Shown one piece after another: positions 40,160-50,007 of a stretch of 64,000 nucleotides of DNA. The stretch spans positions 224,001-288,000 of the forward strand of contig CAVTMK010000004.1 in assembly GCA_963735805.1 (NCBI GenBank). Direction: 5' to 3'. A program made the translations under genes and the position numbers. How positions within the stretch are numbered: the first letter of the stretch is position 1; every line of letters starts with the position of its first letter. Origin of the DNA: an uncultured Verrucomicrobiae bacterium. Lineage in GTDB: Bacteria; Verrucomicrobiota; Verrucomicrobiia; Chthoniobacterales; UBA10450. Under the pieces are notes generated by a model. That model was not told the DNA's origin and did not search any database. It saw only the letters and a program-made list of their open reading frames with translations.

Positions 40160-40860
40160 ACGCATCGGCTGTCGATCTTCAGGTGCGTTGGCTCGGCCGA
40201 ATGAAGTTTTCCGATGCGCTCGCGTTGCAGGAAGAAATTGTGTTGAAGAAGCGTTCCGACCGTTCGGTGGAAGACCAATTGCTTTTACTCGAGCATGAGC
40301 CCGTTTACACGATTGGGCGGACACCGGACCGGTCGAGTTTGTCGCCCGCAGAACGGGCCGGCCATGACGACGTTCGAGGCGGACCTTTGCCGCATCCCCT
40401 TTTTGTGATCAATCGAGGCGGTCAGGCCACGTACCATGGGCCCGGACAGCTGGTCGGTTATCCTATTATTGATCTTCGCCGATGCGGTCAGGATTTGCAC
40501 AAATATTTGCGCTGGCTCGAACAGTTGCTCATTGATCTTCTTCTCGAGCATGACATCACCGCTTCCCGGCGCCAGTCACTTACCGGTGTTTGGGTCGGGG
40601 ACAGCAAGATTGGTTCGATTGGCGTAGGCGTGCGCCATTGGATCACCATGCACGGGTTTGCGTTGAACGTCTGCGGCGATCTTTCGCCCTTTAATCAGAT
40701 CGTTCCATGCGGCATTAATAATGTTGCAATGACATCCATGGAAAAAGAAACGGGCACAACATTCTCCGTTATCGGCATTGCCGCATCGATAGAAAAAGCT
40801 GCGCTAAATCAGGTTGGTCATTTGCGCGTCATTGAAGAGTCACAACCGATTAACACTTAA
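40156..40860 (+). CDS. lipB: Lipoyl(octanoyl) transferase
   Basis: LLEHEPVYTIG, RGGQATYHGPGQLVGYPI, KIGSIG, HGFALN, IVPCG. Confidence 0.95.
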   Translation: MNASAVDLQVRWLGRMKFSDALALQEEIVLKKRSDRSVEDQLLLLEHEPVYTIGRTPDRSSLSPAERAGHDDVRGGPLPHPLFVINRGGQATYHGPGQLVGYPIIDLRRCGQDLHKYLRWLEQLLIDLLLEHDITASRRQSLTGVWVGDSKIGSIGVGVRHWITMHGFALNVCGDLSPFNQIVPCGINNVAMTSMEKETGTTFSVIGIAASIEKAALNQVGHLRVIEESQPINT

Positions 40861-40884
40861 GAAAAAGAATTTTGGCGACAGAAT

Positions 40885-41703
40885 ATGATCCCTCTCGAAG
40901 ACAACGTTGGTGATATCGTCGGAAAAGCGCAACGCGGTTTGGGCATTTCTGATTCCGAACTGGCAAAAAAGGCGGGCGTCGACTTGCAAACGATCCGCAA
41001 ACTGCGCGAAGGAGATTTTGATGAGCAAGCGCTGCTAAGTGTGGCGCCGGTCCTGGGCCTTGGCGGCGGGCAGCTTTGCGAACTCGCGAAAGGCGAATGG
41101 CGTCCAGAAAAAGTCGAAGAGCGCGACGGATTCGCGCAGTTCAACACGCCCTATCACGACATGACCGTGAACGCTTATCTCGTCTGGGATCCGGCAAAGC
41201 GCGTTGCTGCTGCCTTCGACACGGGGGGTGATTGCAGCGAAATGCTGCGATTTGCCAAGCGCCACAAACTGAACGTGCAACTAATATGCCTTACCCATGC
41301 GCATCCGGATCATGTCGCGGATCTGCCGCGCCTTCGCGAAGAAACAGGCGCGAATGTTTTTGCTCCCGGTCGCGAACCTGTCGCCGGCGCGGAGTCCATC
41401 GATGAAGGAAAGCATTTCCATCTCGGAAACCTGGAAATCAATACGCGACTCACTTGGGGTCATTCCCAAGGAGGCATGACCTATGTAGTGACGGGTCTCA
41501 CGCGCCCAATTGCGATCGTAGGCGATTCGCTTTTTGCCGGATCGATGGGTGGCGGAAATGTTTCCTACCAGGACGCGTTACAGAATAATCTCGAAAAAAT
41601 TCTCACATTACCGGATGAAACGATCATTTGCCCGGGACATGGCCCGATGACTACGGTGGGGGAAGAGAAGGCGCACAACCCGTTTTTTGCCGGGAAAGTT
41701 TGA
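40885..41703 (+). CDS. MBL-fold metallo-hydrolase with N-terminal HTH-like domain
   Basis: THAHPDH, GHS, GD.LF, PGHG; N-terminal GISDSELAKKAGV. Confidence 0.88.
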   Translation: MIPLEDNVGDIVGKAQRGLGISDSELAKKAGVDLQTIRKLREGDFDEQALLSVAPVLGLGGGQLCELAKGEWRPEKVEERDGFAQFNTPYHDMTVNAYLVWDPAKRVAAAFDTGGDCSEMLRFAKRHKLNVQLICLTHAHPDHVADLPRLREETGANVFAPGREPVAGAESIDEGKHFHLGNLEINTRLTWGHSQGGMTYVVTGLTRPIAIVGDSLFAGSMGGGNVSYQDALQNNLEKILTLPDETIICPGHGPMTTVGEEKAHNPFFAGKV

Positions 41704-41748
41704 TAGAAAAACTTCAGTTTTTGACCAGTCGGTAAAGGACATTTCCCT

Positions 41749-42645
41749 ATGAATATTGGCTTTGTTGGAGTGGGCCGCATGGGCGCGAACATGGCGCGCA
41801 GATTGAAGGATCGACAATTTCACATCACGGCGGTTTACGACACGAATCGCGCGGGGGCTACGTCACTCGCTGCCGAGCTTGGCTGCGCCGCTGCCCAAGA
41901 CTTGTCGGAAGTGACGGCAGAATCTGACGTGATTTTCACGGTCGTGACTGATGACAACGCGATGCGACATATTTTTGCTGGGAACGGTGATAATCTGCTA
42001 ATTAATGCGCGCGGCAAGCTGTTCATTAACTGCGCAACACTCTCGCCACAGGTACACGTCGAGGTTGAAAAGCTGGCGGAGCGAGCTGGAGCGCAAACGC
42101 TCGAAGCCTGCATGGCCTCGAGCATTACCCAGGCACGCGAAGGCAGGCTTTATTTGATGTGTGGCGGAAAGCAGGACGCGTTCCGCAAAGCCGAACCGAT
42201 TCTAAAGGAGCTTGGTTCCGATGTGCGCTTTATCGGCAAGGCTGGCGAAGCTGCAAAGGTGAAGGCGCTCGTCAACATGGTGATGAACATCAACACTGCG
42301 GGACTGGCGGAAGGCCTGGCCCTGGGCGCCGCTCTTGGTCTGGATTTGGAAATGTTAAGAAAGGTGTTTTCCCAGACTGGCGCTGCATCCCGCGTGCTCG
42401 AAACCGATGGCGAAGATATGCAGAATCGCGAGCACAGCTGCTTTTTCTCCGCTGCGCATGCTGCCAAAGATAGTGGGATCGCTCTCGACCTCGGGCGCAG
42501 TCTCGGGCTCGATTTGCCACTCGCGCGTGCGACCAAGCACCAATATGATCGCATGGTAGCGGAAGGCCTGGGCGAGCTCGATAAATCGGGCATTGCCGAG
42601 CTGACGTTCCAGGATCGACATAAACATTCCGCTGATCGCACATAA
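41749..42645 (+). CDS. 3-hydroxyisobutyrate/6-phosphogluconate dehydrogenase family oxidoreductase
   Basis: IGFVGVGRMGANMA, KALVN, KD..IA. Confidence 0.9.
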   Translation: MNIGFVGVGRMGANMARRLKDRQFHITAVYDTNRAGATSLAAELGCAAAQDLSEVTAESDVIFTVVTDDNAMRHIFAGNGDNLLINARGKLFINCATLSPQVHVEVEKLAERAGAQTLEACMASSITQAREGRLYLMCGGKQDAFRKAEPILKELGSDVRFIGKAGEAAKVKALVNMVMNINTAGLAEGLALGAALGLDLEMLRKVFSQTGAASRVLETDGEDMQNREHSCFFSAAHAAKDSGIALDLGRSLGLDLPLARATKHQYDRMVAEGLGELDKSGIAELTFQDRHKHSADRT

Positions 42646-42814
42646 TTCGGTCTTCGATGAAATTGTGCTCGAATCCGTTCGCGGGGTCGGTTGTGCTGTC
42701 GGATCGCGCCGGATAAATTTTTCGGCGGTCTTCTGGTACAACCGGAATCACGGATTCAAACGCTGAAGGCTGCCTATCCGACAAATCGGCAGAATCGAAC
42801 AATTTTCATTTCTG

Positions 42815-42842
42815 AGAACTCCCTCCTGCAGTTTCCGGATAA
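42815..42842 (+). promoter_or_regulatory. Putative ECF promoter, copy 1
   Basis: AGAACT-N11-TTTCCGGATAA. Confidence 0.7.
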
Positions 42843-43148
42843 CAAGGTGACAAGATATTAAAAGGGCTGGGCACCCAAGCGCGTGCACCCCGTGGAACAA
42901 TCAAGCGCCAGCCTGTCCCGGCGATGAGAGTTCGGTCGCCGTGGCGACTTCAAATCTTCTCAGGGCTTGAGCAATAAAAAATGAAAACGGAGAGCATACT
43001 AACTCCAAACACCGCTGTCACGAGCAAGGGTCATTATGCATGGCGACATGCCCGACTCTTTTTGGCGCCGCAAATCACGATGATTTTAAGGTCGCGATAG
43101 AAAAACCGGTCGCGCTTCCGACAGTTGCAGTGAAATTTTAAGTTCTCC

Positions 43149-43176
43149 AGAACTTTGCAACGTCGTTTCCGGATAA
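43149..43176 (+). promoter_or_regulatory. Putative ECF promoter, copy 2
   Basis: AGAACT-N11-TTTCCGGATAA. Confidence 0.72.
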
Positions 43177-43179
43177 AGA

Positions 43180-43320
43180 CCTAGGACGCGCTTCGGTCTT
43201 AGGCCCGCTTCCCAAGTCCGTATCGTAGAGCTATCCCCTTCGGCGGATAACAGCTCTACTTAAAGCGAAGTTAAACACGCGCAGAGGAACCAGCTGGTTG
43301 TCAGTTGTCTTTCTTCTTTA
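43180..43320 (+). ncRNA. Candidate structured small RNA
   Basis: Directly after promoter copy 2; hairpins 43180-43203 and 43225-43259 (both with UUCG in the loop), then hairpin 43291-43307 + U-rich run; no ORF. Confidence 0.45.
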
Positions 43321-43392
43321 GAATAACGTCGGAGATATAACACGGCTAGCGAGTTACGTAACACGATCGAATAACGTAGCGATCTTTTTTTC

Positions 43393-43420
43393 GGAACCTG
43401 GTGCAGCGCTTTCCGGATAA
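43393..43420 (+). promoter_or_regulatory. Putative ECF promoter, copy 3
   Basis: GGAACC-N11-TTTCCGGATAA, 64 nt before ATG 43485. Confidence 0.72.
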
Positions 43421-43484
43421 AGACCTAAGCAAGGAAGACACCAACTGCTGGAGTGTGACGCAGCACCTCCCCCCCGACATTAAA

Positions 43485-45593
43485 ATGAAAACTAGATTTC
43501 TCAAACAAGTGGCAGCCGCATTGGCTATTGTAGTGGCCTTTGCGCCCTTCGCGCCTTTGGAAGCAGCGAGGCATTCCAAGAAGAAGAAAAGCCGTCACTA
43601 TCACTCGAAAGAACTTAGTTCAGCTGCAGAGATACAAGGAAAGGCGGCGCAATATGCACACGAACTCCTTTTAAAGTTGCCACCGGATGCGCTTGGAAGT
43701 GTGTCGATCACAGAAGGGACGAACTTTAAGGCTGCAGTTAAAAAGAATGTTCGCGATCTGAAAGCGGCAATAGTGAACTCATCCTGGCCGCAAGCGGCCA
43801 AAAACGCCGCATTTTGGAATCTTCCTGCAGGATTAATTGGCGGAGGAGGAAGCGGAAATTGGTCAGGACAAACCTCCGTTGGCGGGTACTGCTTTTGTTG
43901 GACACGCACTACCATCTTTTTCAAGGACCCCTGGTACGTGATTCGATTCACAGTGAAGATATGTTGCACGCCAACACCAACACCTGCACCAACTGCTACG
44001 CCAACACCTACGGTTACGGCTACTCCGACTGTAACGCCTACTCCGGATCCAACACCGAAGCCGACGCCTCGTCCTCGGCGACTGCCGCCTACACCGACCC
44101 CTACGGTCACGCCTACGCCTAGTCCAACTGTAACGCCTACTCCGACAGCGACACCCACAGCTACTCCGACTGTAACGCCGACCCCCACGGTCACTCCAAC
44201 TCCTAGTCCAACGGTGACGCCCAGTCCTACAGTAACTCCAACCGCGACACCCACACCAACCGCAACAGCAACGCCGACCGTGACTCCGACGCCGACGTGC
44301 ACGCCACACGGCAATTGCGTCTACACACGGCTATTCTGGCGGGATAATCCGGATGCTTGGCCGGTTCAATCGCTGAATCTTGGAAATGTTTCTTACACCA
44401 AGGAACAATTACTCGACATTCTGGAATATCCTGGGTTTCCCGGCGACGGGCTTAACCCGATGGCGCGTGAGTTGATTTCCGCCAAACTGAATGTCGCCAA
44501 CGGCGCGGGGCACGAATGCATCGATGATACGATTACGCAGGCGGACTCGATTATTGGCGACTTGGTTTCGAAGCCAGTTGGCAACGACACGATACCGATT
44601 GGGAACGTTCAAGGGTTTATCGACACACTGGCTAACTACAATAAGGGAGAGCTCTGTTGCGCAATGCATTGCTCAGAGACTCCTACCCCTAGCCCGAGCC
44701 CGAGCGCGACGCCTACCCCTACCTCTACGCCAACGCCTACAGCAACACCTGACCCTACGGCGACCCCTTCGGTAACTCCTACATCTACGCCTACACCTGC
44801 TCCGACGGCAACTCCTACGCCTATACCATGTCAGGTAGACGAGCCGACTATCGCGTGTTCTACATCGGCCTCTTCAAACATAGCCATCGATGTCATCGCT
44901 GGAGAATCTGGCGCTCTGAATGGATTTGTCATTGAATGGATGACGATGGCGGACTTTGTTGCCAACGGGAATCAATGGCCTGACGACGCATCAGAGTTTT
45001 GCCAGGCGGCTTTCTCCAACAGTGTGGGGCCAAATCAAACCATCGAAGTGGTCATCGGCGATGACCGATTGTTCGACTCACTTGGAGTGCACAGCGATTG
45101 CTCGGGCGACCCGCTCTTGTGTGACACGGCTTACGTGTTCCGGTGCCGGACGAACGCAACTCAGTCTTGCGATGCGAGCGAGTGGGGTAACACTATCGCC
45201 TGCTCTACCTTGCCGTGCGATCCGGGACACAATTGCACATATAGTCAAGGCTACTGGAAGAACCACTGCGACGCCTGGCCGCTGCAGAGTCTGATGCTTG
45301 GCGCGGTCAGCTATAATGCTTCACAACTACTTCAGATCCTGAATCGCCCGGCACAAGGCAACGGCCTGGTCATACTGGCGCACCAACTCATTGCAGCCAA
45401 ATTGAACATAGCCAAAGGAGCGGATCCGACAGCGGCGCAACAAGCGGTGACTGACGCGGACAGTATGATCGGAGGGTTGATCGTTCCGCCGAATGGCAAC
45501 GGTTATTTGGCACCCAGCCAGACTAGCCAGCTGACCGATACGCTTACGGAATACAACGAAGGAACGATCGGTCCTGGACACTGCAATGATTGA
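43485..45593 (+). CDS. Secreted multidomain Cys-rich protein with long PT linkers and two copies of a C.Y...[YF]W....DAWP domain
   Basis: Signal [27 protein letters not shown]; repeats [20 protein letters not shown]...LISAKLNVA and [20 protein letters not shown]...LIAAKLNIA. Confidence 0.85.
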   Translation: MKTRFLKQVAAALAIVVAFAPFAPLEAARHSKKKKSRHYHSKELSSAAEIQGKAAQYAHELLLKLPPDALGSVSITEGTNFKAAVKKNVRDLKAAIVNSSWPQAAKNAAFWNLPAGLIGGGGSGNWSGQTSVGGYCFCWTRTTIFFKDPWYVIRFTVKICCTPTPTPAPTATPTPTVTATPTVTPTPDPTPKPTPRPRRLPPTPTPTVTPTPSPTVTPTPTATPTATPTVTPTPTVTPTPSPTVTPSPTVTPTATPTPTATATPTVTPTPTCTPHGNCVYTRLFWRDNPDAWPVQSLNLGNVSYTKEQLLDILEYPGFPGDGLNPMARELISAKLNVANGAGHECIDDTITQADSIIGDLVSKPVGNDTIPIGNVQGFIDTLANYNKGELCCAMHCSETPTPSPSPSATPTPTSTPTPTATPDPTATPSVTPTSTPTPAPTATPTPIPCQVDEPTIACSTSASSNIAIDVIAGESGALNGFVIEWMTMADFVANGNQWPDDASEFCQAAFSNSVGPNQTIEVVIGDDRLFDSLGVHSDCSGDPLLCDTAYVFRCRTNATQSCDASEWGNTIACSTLPCDPGHNCTYSQGYWKNHCDAWPLQSLMLGAVSYNASQLLQILNRPAQGNGLVILAHQLIAAKLNIAKGADPTAAQQAVTDADSMIGGLIVPPNGNGYLAPSQTSQLTDTLTEYNEGTIGPGHCND

Positions 45594-45902
45594 TGCCGTG
45601 CCACGATGGCTGGAATAAATAGAGAAAAATCGTCGTTGCGGAGTAACTGCTGAAGAAGCCGAAGGCTTTCTCTGTGGCGTTACGAACTTGATAATGCAGG
45701 GCAATCCCGTGCTGGAATGCCGACGCCGATTTTGGTCCGGGCATGTTTTGTCTAGAGACCCGAACGCCGAGCTTTGGAAGTTGCTTCCGTGTCCGATGCT
45801 GACTCTGGAAAACAGAGATTCAACGCACGTTGTAGTATTCCGGCAGCGGGCGGAAAATTCTCGGCTTGCCTAACAATCGTACAAATGAGATGATCCGCGG
45901 CT

Positions 45903-46667
45903 GTGAAATCCGAAGCCTCTCAGGCCCGTCGCCCCGATCGTTTCATGACGACCCGGTGGAGCGTCGTCTTGTCATGCACGGACTCCGATGGGGACGAAGA
46001 GAAGGCACACGCCGCCCTTGCCGAACTGTGCAAGATTTATTGGCGGCCAGTCTTTGCGTTCATCTGCCGCCAAGGTCACTCCGTGCCCGACGCTCAAGAC
46101 CTGACACAGGATTTTTTCGCCATGGTACTGAAGGGTCGACTCTTGCAGCGGGCTGACCGGAGCCGGGGAAGGTTCCGTTCACTGGTGCTCAAGGCGTTGC
46201 AGAACTTTTTGCACGACGCTGTGGACAAACGTCACGCCCGGAAACGGGGTGGCGACGTTCAGTTCGTCTCGTGGGACGATTGGATGGCTGAGGCGCCGTC
46301 GCACTTGTCGATTCCGGAGCAGGAATCGGAGAATTGGTCGCCGGAAAGAATCTTCGATGTCCGTTGGGCGGCGACGGTAGTCGAGCGCGCCTTGCGGCGG
46401 TTGGGCGATGAATGCGAGAAGCGCGGTCGTCGACGTGTGTTTGATGTATTAAACACCTGCCTCGCGGCCGAGCGAGAAGATGTTTCCTATGCGAAGTTCG
46501 CAAAAACGCTCGGGCTACAGGAAGCGGCAGTGAAACGTCTTGTGCACAGGCTACGCGAACGCTATCGCGCGTTGCTCCGCGAAGAAGTTGCTCAAACCGT
46601 CGAAGGACCTAACGAGATCGACGACGAACTCCGCTATCTCTGTGCGGCGTTGAGCGCAGCGGAATAG
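45903..46667 (+). CDS. ECF sigma factor (FxTTxWS N-terminal type, kinase-associated)
   Basis: FMTTRWSVV, LCKIYWRPVFAF, DAQDLTQDFF, RGRFRS, region 4 SYAKFAKTLG..AVK..VHRLR. Confidence 0.9.
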   Translation: MKSEASQARRPDRFMTTRWSVVLSCTDSDGDEEKAHAALAELCKIYWRPVFAFICRQGHSVPDAQDLTQDFFAMVLKGRLLQRADRSRGRFRSLVLKALQNFLHDAVDKRHARKRGGDVQFVSWDDWMAEAPSHLSIPEQESENWSPERIFDVRWAATVVERALRRLGDECEKRGRRRVFDVLNTCLAAEREDVSYAKFAKTLGLQEAAVKRLVHRLRERYRALLREEVAQTVEGPNEIDDELRYLCAALSAAE

Positions 46668-46799
46668 ACCAGACAAACCTTCTCATCGGTTTTCGTCCGG
46701 CATCCGGTTAATCGGACTCGCCGTATTCGGAAATCCAAAACCGGATATTTGCGACCGTGACAAAGGTCGATGTCGAATGAGGGAGATGCCGATCTTACG

Positions 46800-46863
46800 G
46801 TCATTGTCATTTGATTGGTCGTCATTCATTACTTCAATTTTCGTCATTCGGATTCAGTCATTT
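46800..46863. repeat. Clustered GTCATT short repeats
   Basis: Five GTCATT copies in about 65 bp of intergenic DNA. Confidence 0.55.
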
Positions 46864-46928
46864 TCCTGTTGTTCAGGGCAGGCGGTCATCATGCTTATTC
46901 GCGAGCATTGATGATTTGAATTTTTTTT

Positions 46929-46956
46929 AGAACTCTGCTCTGCCATTTCCGGAGAA
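46929..46956 (+). promoter_or_regulatory. Putative ECF promoter, copy 4
   Basis: AGAACT-N11-TTTCCGGAGAA upstream of kinase 1. Confidence 0.68.
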
Positions 46957-47048
46957 TGCATAGAGGAAGTGACGGAGCCGACAGTCGGTACTCGACTCTC
47001 GCCGCCTCGCTCCCTTGTGTTTGTTGTTCTCTAAACCTTCAGCATCCG

Positions 47049-49889
47049 ATGAGCGGCCTTCCTGTTTCAATTCGTCTGCAAAAGGAACCCGTCACCTGCC
47101 CGCTGTGTGGATCGGCATCCCGTATTGGGCGAAGTCTTTGTCTGAGTTGCCTGCTTGCCGAGGGTCTGCGCGGCCGAGTCCCCACTCCTCAGTCGCACGA
47201 AACCCTAGAGGATGTGCTCGGCGAGCTCAACGTTCGGGACGCCGAGTGGCGGATAAGCGATTATCAAATCCTGGAAGAAATCGGGCGTGGGGGAATAGGA
47301 GTCGTTTATCGAGCGCGACATAGACGCCGCATCGTGGCGTTGAAACAAATTCTATCTTATCACGCCGATTCGCGGGATACGGCGGTACGCTTCCGGCGTG
47401 AGGCGGAAGCTGCGGCGAGCCTCGGTCATCCGAACATTCTCCCTGTCTATGAGGTGAGCGAAAGCGATGATAGCGCGCCGTTTTTCAGCATGAAGTTTGC
47501 CGCGGGGGGAAGTTTAGTGGAGGCGGCTCCCGTGTTGCGGAGCGAACCGCGGCGTGCGGTAGCATTGATGGCAAAGGTAGCCCGGGCAGTGCAATATGCG
47601 CACGGGCAGGGGATCCTGCATCGGGATTTGAAACCGGCGAACATTTTGCTGGATGGGCATGGCGAACCGCTGGTGAGCGATTTTGGTCTGGCCAAATGCC
47701 TGGAACCGGCAAGTAACCTGACGCGCACGCTCACAGCCGTCGGCGCACCTGATTATGTGGCTCCAGAGCAGATGGATCCAGCCGGGACTGCGGGCGGCAA
47801 ACTGACTCCGGCGGCCGATATCTATAGTTTAGGTGCGATTTTGTTCGATTTGTTGACGGGTCGTCCGCCATTTTTGGGTGAGCACGCGTTGAAGGTGATC
47901 CAGCAAGCGAGCGAGAAACGGGCGCCGAAGCTGAGAACATTGGTGCCCTCACTGGATCGGGATCTGGAGACGATCTGCTCGAAAAGCTTGGAGCGTGAAC
48001 CAGCGGCTCGATATCGCTCTGCGGATGCTCTTGCCGAAGACCTCGAACGCTGGCTGGAAGGTCAGCCTATCGCCGCGCGGCCGCTTTCGCCGCCTGCTCG
48101 CGCCTGGCGCTGGACGCGGGGAAATCCAACTGTTGCGGGAATGGCGGCGCTCCTAATCGGGTTGGGATTGACTGCAGCGGCGATGATGTGGAAGGGCGGC
48201 ACGACGAGCCCTCAAGTAATAACTGGGATTGCTGTTTTGCCCTTCGAAAGTTTGAGCGACGACAAAGAGGACGCAATTTTTGCCGACGGCGTTCAGGATG
48301 ACATTCTGACCAAGCTCGCCAGCATTCGTGATCTCAGGGTGATCAGCCACACCAGCGTTATGAAGTATCGAGGAAAGCGCGATGTTCGTGAAATTGGTAA
48401 AGCGCTTGGGGTTTCTCACGTTCTAGAGGGTACTGTTTCTCGTGGTCGCGGGAGCGCGCGTTTTCTTCTCAAGGTTCGACTGACAGACGCTCGCACAGGT
48501 ACTCTCCTCTGGTCGGAGGAATACGATCGCGACTTGAATGATCTGTTCGCGGTCCAAAGTGAGCTTGCACGAAAAGTCGCCGAGCGGCTTCGCGCGAAAA
48601 TTTCGACCGCTGAGAAACTGGCCGTAGAGCAGCCGCCAACCACAGACCTCATTGCGTTCGAGCTCTATAATCGTGCCAAGAATCTTCTGGCGCTACGTCT
48701 CAGTAGCGGCCTGAAAGCAAATCTGCTGCAGGCAGTCGACTTGTTGAATCAGGCCGTCGGTCGCGATCCCTCTTTTCTTCAGGCGCAATGCCAGCTGGCC
48801 TATGCACATGAACAGCTCTATTTTCTCGGCTTCGACCATACTCCTGCACGCCTCGCGCTGGCCGATGCGGCCATCGAACGGGCATTTCGCCTTGGCCCGG
48901 ATGCAGGTGAGACGCATTTGGCGAATGCGCGAAACCTTTATCATGGACACCTCGATTATGATGGCGCTCTGGCTGAATTGGGCGTTGCGGAGCAGACATT
49001 GCCTAATGATGCGCGGATATTTCGGATGATGGGATATATTCAGAGACGCCAGGGACGCTGGCAGGAGTCTACGCAAAACCTGGAGCGCGCAGGCAGTCTG
49101 GACCCGCGCAACACTGAAACGTTCCAGCAGATCGCGCTCAGTTATGGTGTTCTCCGGCGGTACGCAGAAGAAAAATCCGTGCTGGATCGCGCGCTGGCGA
49201 TTGAGCCGAACGACGTTAGCACAAAAATCGCGCTTGCGGCCGTCCAATTCCATTGGAAGGCAGATATCCACTCATTGCATCAGACAATCGATTCCATTGG
49301 AGCGGCAAGAGCGGGTGCCTTGTCTAGCGCAGCTGACGAGGGGTTGAGTTGCGCGCTCGCCGAGCGCGATGCCGCAGTAGCAAAGAACGTGTTAGATGCA
49401 ATCGGAGACACGCCACTAACCGACTACTCGGTTCATTTGAATCGCCTGGTAATCGACGGCCTTATCGCCCGCATGACGAAAAATGATAGCAACGCACACG
49501 CAACATTCGCTGCGGCCCGCGCTGAGCAGGAGAAAACGGTTGAAGCCGAACCAAATTATGGCCCGGCGCTTTGCGTGCTCGGTTTGATTGACGCAGCTCT
49601 CGGCCGGAAGGAAGAGGCACTGCGTGAAGGTCGTCGCGCCGTCGAACTGGTTCCGCCCGAAAAGGATGCCTTGGTTGGTCCGACGATGGTCAAGTATCTG
49701 GCCATGATTGCTGCGTGGATTGGCGACAAAGATTTGGCGTGCAAACAGCTGGCCATCGCTGTTCGTCCACCGAGCACGGTTAGCTATGGTCAATTGAAAC
49801 TCTTGCCGTTTTGGGATCCGCTCCGAGGCGACCCGCGCTTTGAAAAAATTCTCGCATCACTCGCACCGAAAGACGGAGTAATCAGATGA
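47049..49889 (+). CDS. Hanks-type Ser/Thr kinase - TM - TolB_N/FlgO-like - TPR protein (kinase 1)
   Basis: CPLCG..CLSC Zn ribbon, GRGGIG, VALK, HRDLKPAN, DFG, APE, IAVLPF, WDPLRGDPRF; start 47049 preferred. Confidence 0.92.
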   Translation: MSGLPVSIRLQKEPVTCPLCGSASRIGRSLCLSCLLAEGLRGRVPTPQSHETLEDVLGELNVRDAEWRISDYQILEEIGRGGIGVVYRARHRRRIVALKQILSYHADSRDTAVRFRREAEAAASLGHPNILPVYEVSESDDSAPFFSMKFAAGGSLVEAAPVLRSEPRRAVALMAKVARAVQYAHGQGILHRDLKPANILLDGHGEPLVSDFGLAKCLEPASNLTRTLTAVGAPDYVAPEQMDPAGTAGGKLTPAADIYSLGAILFDLLTGRPPFLGEHALKVIQQASEKRAPKLRTLVPSLDRDLETICSKSLEREPAARYRSADALAEDLERWLEGQPIAARPLSPPARAWRWTRGNPTVAGMAALLIGLGLTAAAMMWKGGTTSPQVITGIAVLPFESLSDDKEDAIFADGVQDDILTKLASIRDLRVISHTSVMKYRGKRDVREIGKALGVSHVLEGTVSRGRGSARFLLKVRLTDARTGTLLWSEEYDRDLNDLFAVQSELARKVAERLRAKISTAEKLAVEQPPTTDLIAFELYNRAKNLLALRLSSGLKANLLQAVDLLNQAVGRDPSFLQAQCQLAYAHEQLYFLGFDHTPARLALADAAIERAFRLGPDAGETHLANARNLYHGHLDYDGALAELGVAEQTLPNDARIFRMMGYIQRRQGRWQESTQNLERAGSLDPRNTETFQQIALSYGVLRRYAEEKSVLDRALAIEPNDVSTKIALAAVQFHWKADIHSLHQTIDSIGAARAGALSSAADEGLSCALAERDAAVAKNVLDAIGDTPLTDYSVHLNRLVIDGLIARMTKNDSNAHATFAAARAEQEKTVEAEPNYGPALCVLGLIDAALGRKEEALREGRRAVELVPPEKDALVGPTMVKYLAMIAAWIGDKDLACKQLAIAVRPPSTVSYGQLKLLPFWDPLRGDPRFEKILASLAPKDGVIR

Positions 49890-50007
49890 CAAACAGATTC
49901 ACGATCTCGCATGCAAAAAACACCCAATCTGTGTGAATAAGTGGGCAAATTTTTTCCATTTTATGGTTTGCAACTAACCGAACTTAATCTACCATCCTGA
50001 CCTCTTC

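Noticed and set aside
42815..43420. TTTCCGGATAA copies as a CRISPR or tandem repeat array
   Set aside because: Irregular spacing of hundreds of bp and a bipartite promoter-like structure.
43601..44314. Long Val/Gly-rich ORFs (also 22603-22908, 28229-28531, 34470-34703)
   Set aside because: Antisense shadows of Pro/Thr linkers; no independent coding signal.
46956..47048. Track start of kinase 1 at 46956
   Set aside because: Overlaps the putative -10 element; alignment with kinase 2 favours ATG 47049.
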